Shown in pieces: positions 41,523 through 64,000 of a stretch of 64,000 nt of DNA. Under the pieces are notes generated by a model. That model ran no database searches. It was given only the letters and a program-made list of their open reading frames with translations, and had not been told where the DNA came from. Numbering within the stretch: the first letter of the stretch is position 1; each line of letters opens with the position of its first letter. Origin of the DNA: Amoebidium appalachense (taxonomy: Eukaryota > Protista > Ichthyosporea); the NCBI GenBank assembly GCA_963693365.1, contig CAVNZM010000002.1, positions 11,774,328 to 11,838,327 of the forward strand. Reading direction: 5' to 3'. Made by a program: the position numbers and the translations under genes.

Positions 41523-43206
41523 TGTGTGTGCGCGTGCGCTATAATTTTGTAGTGATGTGTTTCTCAAGCCAATCAATACATCTAATAAACAGGTCGTAGT
41601 TACGCGTGTTTAGTATAAAATCAAGGATGTTGTAATTTACAGGTAGGCTATCTTTCTGGGTGTCTGTTGTGAATGTGACGTGTGTGTGTTGCGGTATTAT
41701 GTGGTCTATCAAACTACATTTGGCGATACATGACCGGTTAAACTGGTGTGTGTGTGTGTTGTTTGGGCATGCAAATGATGCCACCTTATACTTATTAGAT
41801 CTCCACTGTATAGCACGTGTACAGTAAAAGCGTGGTAATTGATCAATAATACCATCAGCTAGAGAAAGACCAGTTCTACAGGAAGGTAATATGTATTTAG
41901 GTGTTATACACTTGCGAGTGCCATATTTGGCAATATGGTTGAGGCGGTCAGTATATATAAAACGAGACATAAGGCTTAGTTTTTCAAGGTGTATGCTTTC
42001 ATCGGGTCTAGTGTCGTGTGGTATCTTTTTCCATTTGTTATATTGCGTGATTATCTTGTGATTGTGTACATGTTTAATAAGTAAGTGGCAGTCCAAAGTC
42101 ACACACACACTATTGCGGGGTTTATTTGTATTTGTGCCCAGGGGAGAAGGGGAGAGAGAGGGGAGGAAAGAGGGGAGAGGTGAGGAGGGGACAGGTCGGA
42201 TAGAGAAGAGAGGGTGGGAGGGCAAATACTTCTTTAAGCGGCTTATGTGCTTATTGAATTTCAGCGCGAGATAGGATACTCTAGCAGCTATTGGGACCAG
42301 ACCATATATCGAGAGCGTTACAGGCCCAGGTTTACAACAGTTGTTAGATAGAAAGGAGGCAACTTCTGCTTCAAGGAAATTTGCCAAGGGTTTAAGCGCT
42401 CTAGTTCTCTCTTTCTTGATCCAAGCGGCGAGAAGGGGTAAACCATATTCACATGCCGGGAAGACAAAAGTGCGAATAAATGTAAGTCTAATAGAAGGAT
42501 GGAGGGGTGTGTCTTTAAAAATATTAGCCGAGAAGAAAGCTAACCGCTTACGAGCCAACTCTACCCTCTTTTCGACCATATGGGGAAACATAACACCAAC
42601 AGAATCAACCGGAACACCAAGATATTTGTATTCTGGAACTATAGGTACAGGTTTAGATGATAATGTAAATGTGTGTAAATTGTTAGCTATATCAGGTACA
42701 AGAACACCACATTTGTCTATGTTAAGGATCATAAGGTTTGCCTTGCACCACTCTGACACTACATCGAACAATCTTTGCAGGCGTCTAGGGGTACGGGCAA
42801 GGAGGGACAGATCATCAGCATAGAGAAGTGCAGGCGGAAAGTTATTAATAGGGTCATCGTTTTCGGCGTAAATCTTGACAGCCAAATCATCTATAAATAG
42901 GTTAAACAAAAAGGGGCTAAGCAATGAACCCTGCAAGAGACCTCTAGTACGAGCAAAACCATATGAAAGATGCCCATTAACCACAGCTCTACCATAGGTT
43001 TGAGACAAGAGTGCTTCTAACAGAACACCAATGCAGTGTGGTACACCCCGTGCAGCAAGCTTTTCCCATAGGAGACCAGGGGAGACAGAATCGTAAGCAG
43101 TTTTCCAATCAATAAAGCCAACATATTGTGCACCAACTTGCATAGAATCGTGCAGTGCCATTATTTGAACATAACATGAATTGTTTTTACGAAAAGCGGA
43201 TTGCCG
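41389..43206 (-). mobile_element. 5'-truncated non-LTR retrotransposon with (CA)n in the 3' UTR and ~40-nt poly(A) tail
   Basis: Contains the RT frame below; 3' UTR (CA)n at 41468-41530 and T-run 41389-41429 on the plus strand. No convincing TSD. Confidence 0.8.
41539..43203 (-). CDS. Non-LTR reverse transcriptase, N-terminally truncated (endonuclease absent)
   Basis: Stop-free frame with QSAFRKNNSC (upstream of the listed Met), IDWKTAYDSV, GLLQGSLLSPFLFNLFIDDL, LLYADDL, LNIDKC, YKYLGV and a Cys-rich C-terminus. Confidence 0.9.
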   Translation of the reverse strand, partial: QSAFRKNNSCYVQIMALHDSMQVGAQYVGFIDWKTAYDSVSPGLLWEKLAARGVPHCIGVLLEALLSQTYGRAVVNGHLSYGFARTRGLLQGSLLSPFLFNLFIDDLAVKIYAENDDPINNFPPALLYADDLSLLARTPRRLQRLFDVVSEWCKANLMILNIDKCGVLVPDIANNLHTFTLSSKPVPIVPEYKYLGVPVDSVGVMFPHMVEKRVELARKRLAFFSANIFKDTPLHPSIRLTFIRTFVFPACEYGLPLLAAWIKKERTRALKPLANFLEAEVASFLSNNCCKPGPVTLSIYGLVPIAARVSYLALKFNKHISRLKKYLPSHPLFSIRPVPSSPLPSFLPSLSPSPLGTNTNKPRNSVCVTLDCHLLIKHVHNHKIITQYNKWKKIPHDTRPDESIHLEKLSLMSRFIYTDRLNHIAKYGTRKCITPKYILPSCRTGLSLADGIIDQLPRFYCTRAIQWRSNKYKVASFACPNNTHTHQFNRSCIAKCSLIDHIIPQHTHVTFTTDTQKDSLPVNYNILDFILNTRNYDLFIRCIDWLEKHITTKL

Positions 43207-43531
43207 GGCCCCCTAGATCACAAAGCTCTGATCTAAGGGGCGTTGTCTGGGCTGTTCATGCGTACGGTACACGTACACGTGGGAAAATTATCACTCATTC
43301 AAGTATATGCTATGTATGTATTGTAACAAAAAGACATCACTTCTTTAACCACACACCCGGATTACATACAGTGCAGTGCTCTTCCCCACTTGCTGGACAA
43401 TAGGGCCTAAGAGGAAGAGGCCAAGCCTACTAACAATAGCGACATCTCTGTGTTCCTGGTCCTGCCCTTCACACCACCCCGCTTTCCTCGCAAATCTTCT
43501 TCAGTGGTTAGTCACGTTTGGTTACAGAGAC

Positions 43532-51789
<8,258 letters not shown>

Positions 51790-52202
51790 GGCTGGCACGT
51801 CTTGACTGTGCCCTCGAGCCTATGTACGAATAAATCGACGCTGGCGATTTTTTTCAAGGGTAGGGGAGTCAGGTGATCAGCCGCTCTCCGGATCGTCCGC
51901 GGCCCCTTGGAAAATAACGCATACCTTCTGAGGTATCAGGAGCCGAGGCTGGATGAGTCTGTATGTGCGTTACTATTCATTTCTTTTTTCGTTTTTCTCT
52001 TTCCTTTTTCTTTTTAGAAAAATGATAATAAAGAAATTAGGCTTCGGATTGAGCACTGAGTAACAAATGATTGAATTGCTAAAGAACGAAACGGGCAACT
52101 TTGGTTGGTCAGCATGTGCTTTTATCATAGAATCAGAATCAGAGCGGTGTCGCCATACAATTGCAATATCCTAATTATTATCTCTGAATTAGGGCTCTTC
52201 AT

Positions 52203-52241
<39 letters not shown>

Positions 52242-52606
52242 ACACACACACACCTACCCACCCACACACATACACACACACACACACACACAAGGGACCA
52301 TACTGCCCCCCCCCCCCCCCCCCCCCCCCCCTCTCCGGGCCTTCCTGGGTTCAACGTGATAAGAAATTAGAGGTCAAGAGATAAGGGTTGTTGGCGAGCT
52401 GTTGACTGGATTATTACATGGACTGCTCGCAAACAAACACTTAAATATACATAATACATGTAACAACTAACAAAGTACGATATTCCTACTTTTTTGTTTG
52501 TTTTATAATGTGGAGGGCATTGAGAGTGTTTTAAATAATATGTTAGACATGCTTGTGTACAAGGTGATGCCTGCTATGCATATATACGTCACACACAGAC
52601 ACAAAC

Positions 52607-52690
<84 letters not shown>

Positions 52691-52940
52691 CACACACACA
52701 AATTTTTTAACACACACACACGCATGTGGCACACACAGTCACGGCCTTATTATTGATAATCATTGAATACGATTAATATTAGTACTTGTCACACACACAT
52801 ATCCATGACATCACAGGATCACACGTGCACACACACATGCTGTCACACACAAGACATATACACGCACGCACACACACACGCCACACGCACGTGTGCACAC
52901 ACACACACTGTCACACCTACACACACATGTCATGTACATG

Positions 52941-52992
<52 letters not shown>

Positions 52993-53153
52993 AACGGCTC
53001 ACGGTGAGCACAACAGTGGTAGCCTAATCAAAAGCTATGAGGACCCCAGGATTCATTAACGAAACACACGTGTACCATGACCCCGGCCACCCTTATCATA
53101 GCCATTATCTCGAGCTCAGATGGTTTTTATTTTGGTGGGAGAGGTATGGTCAA

Positions 53154-53208
<55 letters not shown>

Positions 53209-54284
53209 CTGCCGATGACACCATCCTAATATGTGATCATCTCCATGCAAGCAGTACATGCGCAAGTGTTCTGATTGGCCGCAACTGTGTGAATGAGTAA
53301 ACCTTAAAATAGCACCAATAGGAAATCCGTAACTATAGCCATAAAAAGCTTTCCCGGGCACAGGTCATAGAACTAGCCAATCGGAGAGCGGTGGCGTTGC
53401 GGCAGCGCGATCCACTAGATCTACCTGTGCTTCAAATTTATGAGATTTGCTTGGGGGGTTTGGTTACTTGGGTTCACTGTGACTGAGTATTTGAATTGTG
53501 TTGCAACTTGCGCATAGCATCATTTCTGTAATGTTGTGGCTGCAATATATATAGAGCACTCAATATAAAACTACCTTAATTACCTAATTATCTTTTTTTT
53601 TTTTTTTTTTTTTTTTTGGTATTTCAGGCTTATGAATGGTATAGAGTTTGTGACAGTGAAAGTAATTGTGATATTGTGTCACGGAATTATCAAAAATCTG
53701 TAATTTCTTATCGGCGATTTCTCACCCCTATTCTGTACTCTAGCAGGATCAGCTGTGGCTGAGTATTCCGCCAATCAGCGCACGGGTGGATTTCCAAAAA
53801 AGCAAATAAAAGCTTCTTTCCAAAACCTTCCGTGACTTTTTTACGGCCCACGCACATGTTCTAAGTTTTTGTTTTTTCGTTTTGCGGATTTCTTTGTTTT
53901 CTTTACTTCAATAGTGTTGCTCTGTTGGTTTCTTATTTTTCTCCTTGTTTTGTTTTAGTCCTTCTGTCTACTGATGTCCTCTCGTTGTGTAGTCATTTCA
54001 TCTTTTTTTGGTATTCCTCCTATGCATCCCTCATCTCAACAGCTACCTTTTGATTGCTTAGTAAAAGATTTCACTGACATCACTACATCGATGCTATAGT
54101 TGAAGAGCAGGGATTCATTTTGTTTGTTGGACTCTAAGAACAAAGCCCTGACCCTGAATGTCATTTCAGAATACGGCACTGCCTTAACGTAACATTGCTT
54201 CCTTTTCTTTGCACTTATAAGCCTTTCCACATCGATCTAATTCAGCACCGTACCTCCTGCCTGAACTTGCAACAAGTACTGAGA

Positions 54285-56967
54285 ATGGCACAGGAGCAAG
54301 ATCCCGACTGCAGTTTGTTTTGTGGAGACCTGCCAAGGAACGCGGGGGAAGAGTTCGTGCGTGAGCTGTTTGCTGCCGTCGGATATGAGCTCAAGTCGGT
54401 CTATTTGATTTACCAGAAGGGCACGAAGGAGGTAAGAACATGAACACAACCACACAGACATGGAACACACATCCACTCACTGGCACACGGATATAAGAAA
54501 AGCAGCCGGCAGTGTGTATAGGCACGCGTAAATCTTGCACAAAACGGTACGCACACGTTACACAGAGGAACGGAGCTGTAAAACTTGAACGATGCTCAGC
54601 ACTAGTTGGTACACATGAGCAACCAAACACGAATTCAGATGCATGCATTCATATATCCAAAACTTTCACGCAGATGCATCTGTCTTGAAATTCAAGTAGG
54701 AAGAGGAGGGGAGGCTGCGGGAGGAGGGGGGGGAAGGGGGGAAGGGGGGCGGGGGGTTGGCCTGCTTATCCTGTGAGAGGGTAAAGCTAAGGTTAGTTGT
54801 GAACGTTGCGTGCTCCCTACTGAGACAGCCTAAATTAGTCGGCGGCGGCTAACAATCGTTAGTTAACCGGATGCTGCCCCTGTGCAAGGGTAACCAAGTG
54901 TGAAACTCTGAAATTTCGGCAATTGTTTTGGGTGATAAAACGGTGTGGGTGTTGGGGTTTTGTTCATTTGCATACGCTGCCCGCATGTAGAGGTGTGAGG
55001 GGAAGGGGCAAGGGTGGAGAATGGGAGGTGATGGTAATGTGCGTAGTGATGGGATACGGGGTGCCCAAGGCTGTATGTGTAGGTTTGTTTCGTGGAGTTG
55101 CATCTGTGCCGTTTCTGCCGCTGTCAATACACACCTTGTGAGCATTAGCCCATTTCGTCAAAATGTCACAAAAGTACATCTTGCCCATTCGTCCCTCGAT
55201 AGTATAGTGGAAAACACTCGCCGGCGAGGGGGAAGTTATCGAGTGGAGAGTGACTACTAGCGCAAGTCTAGGAGAATGGTTTGGGGTGACCGTCGGGTCG
55301 TTGTAATAGCCAAGGTCTGCCTATCGTTTAAGGGTCTAGCCAGCATGACGTCGATATGACGTCGGATTCCATAATAAGTAGTTTTGCCTAAGTATGAGGT
55401 GTTCCCGATTTGAACATTTGGTGCATCGCCAACCGTTACAAGGAAGGAAACAACTACACCGCTGCCTTTTGGTTGGGCAGGCAATGATTTGTGTGATAGA
55501 ATGGAAGGGAGTTGAACTCCGGTGTTGTGCATGCACTACAAATTCAAGTTGGTCCTTGAGAAGTCCCGTCGACTTTTAAATTAGTTGTTTTTATGTCACT
55601 ATATGTAATAATAACCGACCATGCATATGTGATGTAGTTTCCAGAGTATGGTACCACTTGGTTGAGATTTTTTCATGTTTGCGGTCAATAAAAAACGCGG
55701 TTGGGTCCTGTGAAGATATGCAATCAGGCTCACTTATGACACGGCAATGTGGAGGCGGATAGAAACGTGTGATTTGACCGCGGTCTTGTTTTCAGGATAT
55801 ATGTAGTCATAAGTTGTCACAGAACGCAGAGAAATTTTTTTCATTAAAACATTCCATTTTTTCGAAGATTGGATTACTGTCACGAATTTTCCGGTTAGTA
55901 TCACAAAGGAAAACCAATACAGTGCGCAGTGACCGTCTAAAAAAAAAAAGAAAACGAAAACTCTTGTCAACATGTTGACTTGGTCTTGTCGCAAATTTGT
56001 GTATCACGACTTGCGTTAGCGTGTTATTTCAAAACGAAGGAAGGCTGGGTGGCAGCAAATAGGAGTTAAAGGGGGTTTCTTTTGGGTATCCGGGTCGGGT
56101 CGGACCCGAATGGGATATATGCAATGTGATTGGCTTGATGCGCATCAAACATCATTTGGCCCGACCTAAGGACCAAAAACCGGTGACAATAAATCAATCG
56201 GCCTGAAAGAAACCCCCTTTTAGAATATATGATTTCACTAAACACGCGAACTTGGTATACAACTGACTAAAAACCTTTTCTCCCGAAACAAACAGAGTGC
56301 CGGCTACTGTTTTGTTGAATTTAAGACCCCTGAGCTTGCCGCCAAGGTCTTGGGGGAGCTGGAGGGAAAGGAGTTCCCCACAGACAAGAAAAGACGCTTT
56401 AAATTGGGCCGCCCAACAAAGACCCCCCTCAAAAGGTGCCGTGAACCCCCCCCCCCCACTTCTTACATTATAACACATTGTAAATCCCCCCCCCCCCCCC
56501 CCCCCCCCCACCCTCGCCCCGTTCCCCGCGGAAGCATCCTTTCCGTTTCTCTACCTAATCTTTCAGAAGTCCCTACAGACATGGGTGGAGAGAATCCGTA
56601 GCACCTGTGGATATGCACAAAGTGTTTTATTCCAACCCCAGCAGCGGGCATTGGCGCGCGCACACACATGCACACACACAAACACACACAAAACACACAC
56701 CGTTACACACGCATCCATTTCAGCACAGCCTGGTACATAGTATTGACCTAGTCTAGGCACACGTGGCACATTGCGCCCACTCACACGGACGACCTACATG
56801 TAACCCCTGTGGCTGGTTTGGTCAATATGGTCTCAGGGTTAGTTGTATACATGGCATCGTGTTTACTTCTACTTACATACATGTGCACACCTGCCAACGC
56901 ACGCATATGCACAGTTTCTCTGCCACACAGACCACATAGAAACACACACGCACACGCACGCACACGC

Positions 56968-57003
<36 letters not shown>

Positions 57004-58333
57004 GTGCCTCTTCTACTAACCATGGAAACTCTCTCACAACGACCATGCAGCACTGAATACTCTGCCTTCGTGGGAGAACTTCCAGACGAGGTCACGGAAG
57101 ATGAGATGAAGGTTCGTTTTCACAATGCCCCCACTGCCCTTGCCTGCATAAGCAACCCTGCTCGTCTCTGATCAAGACGGGTGACCTACCCATGTTCAAG
57201 TGAAACAGTATCTGAGTTGGTTTTCGTTAACGAGGTGAATAGGTCGAACCTCGGGTACTGTGGATGACGTGGGGCCCCCCTGAGGATGGGCTCTGCTTAT
57301 TATGCATACTCTTTATGTATGGCTTGCATTCTGCATCGTGTTATCCGTTTGTTCTTGTGTACTTCGTACTTTGTGACGCATTCAACCCCCCCCCCCCCCC
57401 CCCCCACACCCACCCACCCTTCCACCCACCCACAGAACACACACACATGCACATGCACCCTAACATGCGCACACGCACACCGCGGGCATGCACACGCACA
57501 TGCGCGCGGGCACACACACACACACACACGCACACACACACCTGCACAAGTGCATCAAAACACCGTCACTACCATCGCAACTCCATCCTTCCTTAACCTT
57601 TAAATTGTTCAATATCCAAGGCTCTTTTGCTCAGGCAGTGCATATCGAAAAGTTCGTATATGAGAAAAAAACACGCAATGACATCCCATCGCATCGACAG
57701 GTACATATGATAGAATAGGCGATCTTGACACTCGTCAGGTCATTTCAGACGAGAGGACGCGAGGTTTCTGTGTCTTTATATCAGACAGTAAACCAATCAT
57801 TAATACATGGATGATACTAGATAAACGATTTACATTTGACAATTCAACCAGGATACTAAAGTTCAAAAAATTATGGACATGCATGAAAGAAAAACGCAAA
57901 CCTCCTATCCATAACTTACTATATATATAAAGTTATGGGTAAACAGCTATACCAGCACCCAACATTCGATCTATATCTCACCCACCCCTTAACCCATTCA
58001 CAGGCGTTTTTCCTATCCCGCTACCCGAGCGTTCTCGCCGCCAAGATAGTGACCAACCAGGCAGGGAAATCACGCAACTATGGATTTGTGCGGTTTTCGA
58101 GTGCGGAGGAATGTGCACGGTGCATCAGAGAGATGAATGGGGTGGAGGGGCTGGGAAGTGAGGTGGGTCTTGAAGTTTTTCCGCCCCCACTCCCCCCCTC
58201 CTCCCCTCCAATCACTGTGTGTGTAGGGGGGGGGGGGGGGGGGGGGGGGAGGATGGGTGGGTGGGGTGGGGGGGAGAGGAAAATTTGCGTTTGTGTGGAG
58301 GAGAGTGGGTGGATGGGGGGGAGGGGGGGATGT

Positions 58334-58392
<59 letters not shown>

Positions 58393-58956
58393 CGTGTGCG
58401 CAAACACGCAAGCGTGTGTGTATATGTGTGTGTGTGTTTGTGTGCCTGTTTAGATGGATGGGTATTACGTGCCCCACTCTCCTCCCGCCTCCGCAGAAGA
58501 TGGGCTCTGCTGATGTTCATGTCTTGTGCCAGTATATCTTTTTTGCCCCCATCCGTGTTATGTAACCATAGTATATTTGATTGCGCTTATTTCTGTGTGC
58601 CATCTTCTACCCCTCCAACGCCCCCCCTCCCCTCGTCCTCGCTCCTCTTTGCGTGCACACACACACACCCAATACACTGGTGCGCGCACACACTCGCACA
58701 CGGACACATGTACACTTACACTGACGCTCCCACTCATTCACTTACTAACTCACTCACATACTAACTCACTCACACCAACACCGCCATCACACGCCACCCT
58801 AAAACACATGCCTTCTTTAGGCACTTCGTGTGAGTCAAGCCTCCCCAAGGAAAACAGACATAGCCAGACAGGTGAACCTCCCCCCCCCCCCCCCCCCCCC
58901 CCCCGCCCCAACAAACACACACACACAGAGAGAGAGAGAGGGAGAGAGAGGCGCAC

Positions 58957-59044
<88 letters not shown>

Positions 59045-59141
59045 GATACACACACACACATAAATATATAGAGTATATTGATATATGGATATCATGGTGT
59101 GTGTGTGTGTGTGTGTGGGTGTGTGTGTGTGGGTGTGTGTT

Positions 59142-59176
<35 letters not shown>

Positions 59177-59917
59177 CATGATATACGCACTACTGTATTT
59201 TGTTGGCGTGCCTCTAACATTGGTACTACGTACGGTGTAACACACGATTTGAACCGCCCAGTTTTCTTCATAGTGGAGCACCATATACGCACACACACAC
59301 ACACACGTGCGTGCGCGCCAACTACACACCATCTTCTTGTTTTCATTGTCACCAGTGGCCGGATATGATCTGCATCTCAGCCACACTACTTGCTTCTTGG
59401 GAAGGTCACCCGGAAAGGAAGAGGGGGGGGGGGGGGAGGGGGGGGGGGGGGGAGGTAATGCTAGCTAGTATGGAGGAAAACGGGTCTTAGCCATTTATAT
59501 ATAGAAACTGAAATAATTTGGAACATGTGCCTTGGTGGGTGGGTGGGGTGGATGGGTGGACGGTACTTCTTTTTTCAGCGGATGGGTGCATTGCATTGTT
59601 AAGTTTTGCACTTTCGTACATGAAAAAGAATGAAAAAGGTACAGACACACACGACAACAAGCACAAACATTCTTGCATGTGCCCAAACACACAACATGGC
59701 ACACGCACACACATGCAAAAGTACACATTGCCACACTCACTTACTCAACACACTTTGACGCACATGTGCCGGACACACAAACAAACACACCCACCCGCAC
59801 CCTCACACAAACGTATCACCCAAACACACGTGCGCATGCACACACACAGGCACACACACGTACGCACGCACCCACGTACGCACACACACACACACACACG
59901 TACGTACGTACGCACGT

Positions 59918-59964
<47 letters not shown>

Positions 59965-60098
59965 TGGCTGCACATATGCATGCTGCCCAGTGGATGTTTG
60001 CTCCTGGCATGGCCATCCCCACGCAGGTCAGCCCCCCCCCCCCCCACAAAACACACACACACGTGCGCGACACACGCACACACTCTCTCTCCCCCCCT

Positions 60099-60130
<32 letters not shown>

Positions 60131-60298
60131 CCCCCCCCCCCCCCCCCCCCCCTCCCCACGCAATCACTACCCACCAGCTCGTACAACCATGACTGGCCCA
60201 CAAACTTCTTGCACAAATGCACAAATCAACTAAATGTGTTTGCATATCTCTAGCATTCGTGGCAGTTGCGTGATATCATAAAAAGGGGATCACACCCG

Positions 60299-60343
<45 letters not shown>

Positions 60344-61691
60344 CATAGCCAAGTCATATGAAGTACACCGTGACAAAATGCTGACATAGAATTTAGATGG
60401 AATGGATCGGAAGGGACTCGGTTTGTCAAGATAATTGTGAAGGCCGGGGGAGGGGGGGGGGGGGGGGGGAGGGGGGGGGGGGGAGAGAGGGAAGGGGGAG
60501 GGGGAGGGGGGGGGGGGGGGGGGGTGTTAATCGAAATGGTCCGTTCAGAGATGTGGGTGTTGGTGCATCATGGAGTAGGCTCTTGGCATGTGTGGCTTGA
60601 AATACTGGAATATGGGAGGGAATTTAATCGGGTCCTGTGTTTTTTTTTTTAAAAAAAAAGTGTTCTAGGTTTTTGTACTCTCCAGGCTGCATGTGCATGC
60701 GGGACGGCACTTACCGTGGTGGTTGTAGTAGGTTTATTTATTTATTTATTTATTTTTATTTTTTTTTGGGGGGGGGGGGGGGGGGGAGGGGGAGGGAGGG
60801 GAGGGGGGGGGGGGTTTCTATTTCTACACGGCACAAATAAGACTTAAAAACATTTGCATTTTGCTTACAGATGGTGGTTCCGCCCATGTACATCCCAAAC
60901 ATGCCATACCCCGACATGCAAAAGGTTCTCCCCCCTCCCCCTCCTCCCCCTCCCCCTCCCCCCCCCCCCCCCCCCTCACACACACACACACACACACACC
61001 ACCCCTTTCCCCCACCCCGGCCTTTTTTTTTTTTCACTTTCAAACTATACATTGTGCTATCCATCGTGAATGTGTACTTCGTAGTCTCCAACGAGTCCCC
61101 CCCCCCCCTCCCGAAATCTCCACCAGTTTTTTGGGATGTTGCGAGTGAACAAGTTGTTCATGACACATGGTGTTTTGCTATTATGACTTCTGGTTGCCTG
61201 TAATACTATGATATTGTCATGTCTATCGGTGATCTTTTTTTTATATAATACACTTTATGCCATCTTGTCGTTTCTCACAGCAATGTGCTAGAGATACAGT
61301 GGAGAGAAATCGAGAGCCGATGAGGCCGGGTGAATTGCGGCCGGGCGGGGGGAGGGGGGGGGGGGAGTTAGTATTCGCAAAGCTGACACTGACGAATGCA
61401 GGGAGGAGCACGTGCACCCATGGCACCAGCCAACCAGATGATGCCAAGTGTTACCTATTATGGTAACCCGGGTCAGGCTGGGTTTGGGGAGCCGTACTAC
61501 CCGCCCATGGCCTACATGCCACCCAATATGGTGCCGATGAGTTACCCCCAAAACCCTCAAACATTTCAAAATTTCGTCATGATGCAGCCCCCCAACATGG
61601 GCCCCGCCGCCGGGGGGCGCTATCCCATAGGCCCAGGACCGATGGCTGCAAATAACCCCCCGTTCGAGCAGAGAGGAAAAGGTGATTAGCA

Positions 61692-61725
<34 letters not shown>

Positions 61726-61786
61726 CCCGGCAACAGATCCCCCATCCCCTGGTGATAGACATGTTCAAGCGTCTTCTGTCTGCACA

Positions 61787-61819
<33 letters not shown>

Positions 61820-62476
61820 GGTAGCTTGGGGGATGGATTTTCGCTTAAAATTAGAGTTGTGCATCAGATTGAGATTGACCAAATTACATGATTGATTCTG
61901 CTGGTCAAGGGCCGGAAGGTCCGAAAGTTCAACTTTCAATATAAACCCCATGTCATTATTATTTGTGAGAGAATGAACGCACATACCGGGGGAGAAAATG
62001 AAATTTCGATTATAAAGTGAGGGTTGGTTAGTGAGAATATATGTATGGTTACCGGTGAAAAAATCTGGTTCGAGCTGCCCGTTTTCGCTTAGCGTAAGCA
62101 CATATGGAGGGGGTACAAATCGATTTTTCCAAGGGCTGACACATCAGCTTCCATTATGTGATTTCCCCACACTTGATTAGTAGGATTGTTTTTTTTTCAG
62201 GGCAAGTGTCTGCGTTCATTCTCTCTGTATTGACCTTGGAGAACGTGACAAAATAAAAAAGAGCCCCGAAAAAGACAAGTTTCGCTGCTCACAGACTGGC
62301 ATTTGATCGATCTGATGAGTTGGATCCCCAGCACTGCGGCATCGGCAAACCATCCATTACGTCACCTTAATTGAGCAGGCTTCTGGTTTTTGTATTTGTG
62401 TGATCTTTTGTGCTTTGTCTTTTGGGGTCTCCATTTGCATTACTTCAACCCTCTTACGCTTACATCCCCTCTTTTA

Positions 62477-62546
<70 letters not shown>

Positions 62547-62819
62547 TCCACGTACACGTATTTGGGCATATAATGGGCTTCGTTTGTGTCTCTTTTCTGC
62601 ATGGTACCGTGGTTTCTCTCCGGTTTCTTTATGAGTATAGTCCTTGCCCCCATTTTGCTGGCATTGTGATGTACCCATCCTTTCCTTCAAAACAAGACTG
62701 CCTTGCCTTCATCCCCCCCCCCCCCCCCGATGCCTATTCTTGTAATGAGACTTCCCACATTCAACTCACACACACCTGCATCATCCCCTCCCACCTCTCC
62801 AAAAAACACACACACACGC

Positions 62820-62868
<49 letters not shown>

Positions 62869-63151
62869 CCGAATCCGTGATGTTGGTGCCCAAATTCCCC
62901 ACGCCAAGAACCCCAACTCCCAGAATTTCAACTCCATACCGGCCCCCGCTGCATCTGCCATGCCAGCAATCCCGGGAAACTTTCCGAAAAATACCGGAGA
63001 TCCCAATTTTCACATGATGCGTCCCTCCAACGCCATGGGTGAGGGGCAGAAATTTGTACCCGTGCCACAGCCCGTTTACATGGACCCCCCTGCAAATGAT
63101 GCACTTCCGTGGGTGGGGTCTCAGACCGGGTCCCGTGCATTCCCTGGGTAG
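54285..63151 (+). CDS. TRNAU1AP: Two-RRM RNA-binding protein, TRNAU1AP/SECp43-like (Nam8/Ngr1-related), ~412 aa, 9 exons: 54285-54431, 56296-56435, 57051-57111, 58004-58162, 58821-58871, 59964-60026, 60871-60924, 61402-61681, 62868-63151
   Basis: [54 protein letters not shown] match the TRNAU1AP-type RRM pair; Pro/Met/Tyr-rich tail; joins total 1239 nt in frame. Orthology inferred from motif recall. Confidence 0.78.
57130..57385 (+). mobile_element. Family A copy (longest class) ~18 nt after a TRNAU1AP donor
   Basis: Near-identical to 30676-30932, ends gacgcattcaa then C-run. Confidence 0.9.
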
Positions 63152-63772
63152 ACACAGGTGAAAAATTACTAATGCTCCCGTGTGTTTCTTTCTTCCGTCT
63201 TCCAAATATCCAATCATTGGGACCGGTGGGGGGCATGGGAGCAGGGAGTGGAAAAGAGTAAAAGTATACGTGGTGGGAGAAAATGGTGTTTGTATGTGTG
63301 GGTGGGTGGGTAGGTGGGTGGGACGTTGGTCAAAAATAGAAAGACGGAGCGGCGGCAGGGGGGGAGGTGGGGTTGGGCGTGGGGTTGGTGCTTTTTTTTT
63401 TTTTTTTTTTTTTTTGGGTGGCGCGTGTGGGTTGTGGGTGTGTTTGGGTAGGAGGGTGGGTGGAGAGGGGGGAGGGGAATCGTTGAGGGGGGTATATACA
63501 GTGGATTTGTTATACGATAGATTATATAATGATTGTCATTATTGGGCGTGATCATAAACATAGCAGTCATGCATATAGCTGCAATACTGGTGTGTGCATT
63601 ACACACACACCATGTTCCTCCGCCGTCTCTATGTATAGTAATTAAAATGGTAGTGCAACTGGTTGTGGTGGTGACGGTGATGGGTGAGTGCAGGAGATTC
63701 TGTGTGTTTTATGTTTTACGTTTATTTTTATTTTTTTTCCATATGATTTATTTTATTTCTTTTCTTTTTTTT

Positions 63773-63811
<39 letters not shown>

Positions 63812-63888
63812 ATTAAATTATTATGAACACCCATCGTGGATCACTGATAAAGATGCACGCAGAGTAGATAAGGTGCACATGCACAGGG

Positions 63889-63933
<45 letters not shown>

Positions 63934-64000
63934 GGCCGCTCCTCGCATCTCTCTCGACGATGTGATGAGTATAGCAATCCACCTTAGACCAATATAGTAC

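Overview
Eukaryotic, intron-dense genomic DNA; the gene content and splice signals suggest an opisthokont, possibly a unicellular holozoan (inference). Almost all ORFs in the supplied track are artefacts of poly(C)/poly(G), (CA)n/(GT)n and (CT)n tracts. By manual splicing I recover: the last exon of an unidentified gene (589-793 +), VPS26 (9 coding exons, -), a PMR1/SPCA-type Ca2+/Mn2+ P-type ATPase (26-27 exons, +), a DTWD1-like gene (8 exons, +) and a TRNAU1AP/SECp43-like two-RRM gene (9 exons, +). The 36.8-43.2 kb interval holds two 5'-truncated non-LTR retrotransposons and a frameshifted aquaporin fragment. The most unusual signals are non-coding: (1) two related short dispersed repeat families (about 20 recognisable copies) with variable 5' truncation, a fixed 3' end running into poly(C), a conserved stem-loop, exclusively intronic location and always the host-sense orientation, i.e. 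a candidate poly(C)-tailed or poly(C)-targeting retroposon; (2) an unusual intron grammar with poly(C) right after weak donors and (CA)n/CGTACAC tracts replacing the polypyrimidine tract before many acceptors; (3) repeated intronic ghost copies of neighbouring exon ends and splice acceptors, some with AG|GT recursive-splice potential. All coordinates were read by eye and no database searches were run.
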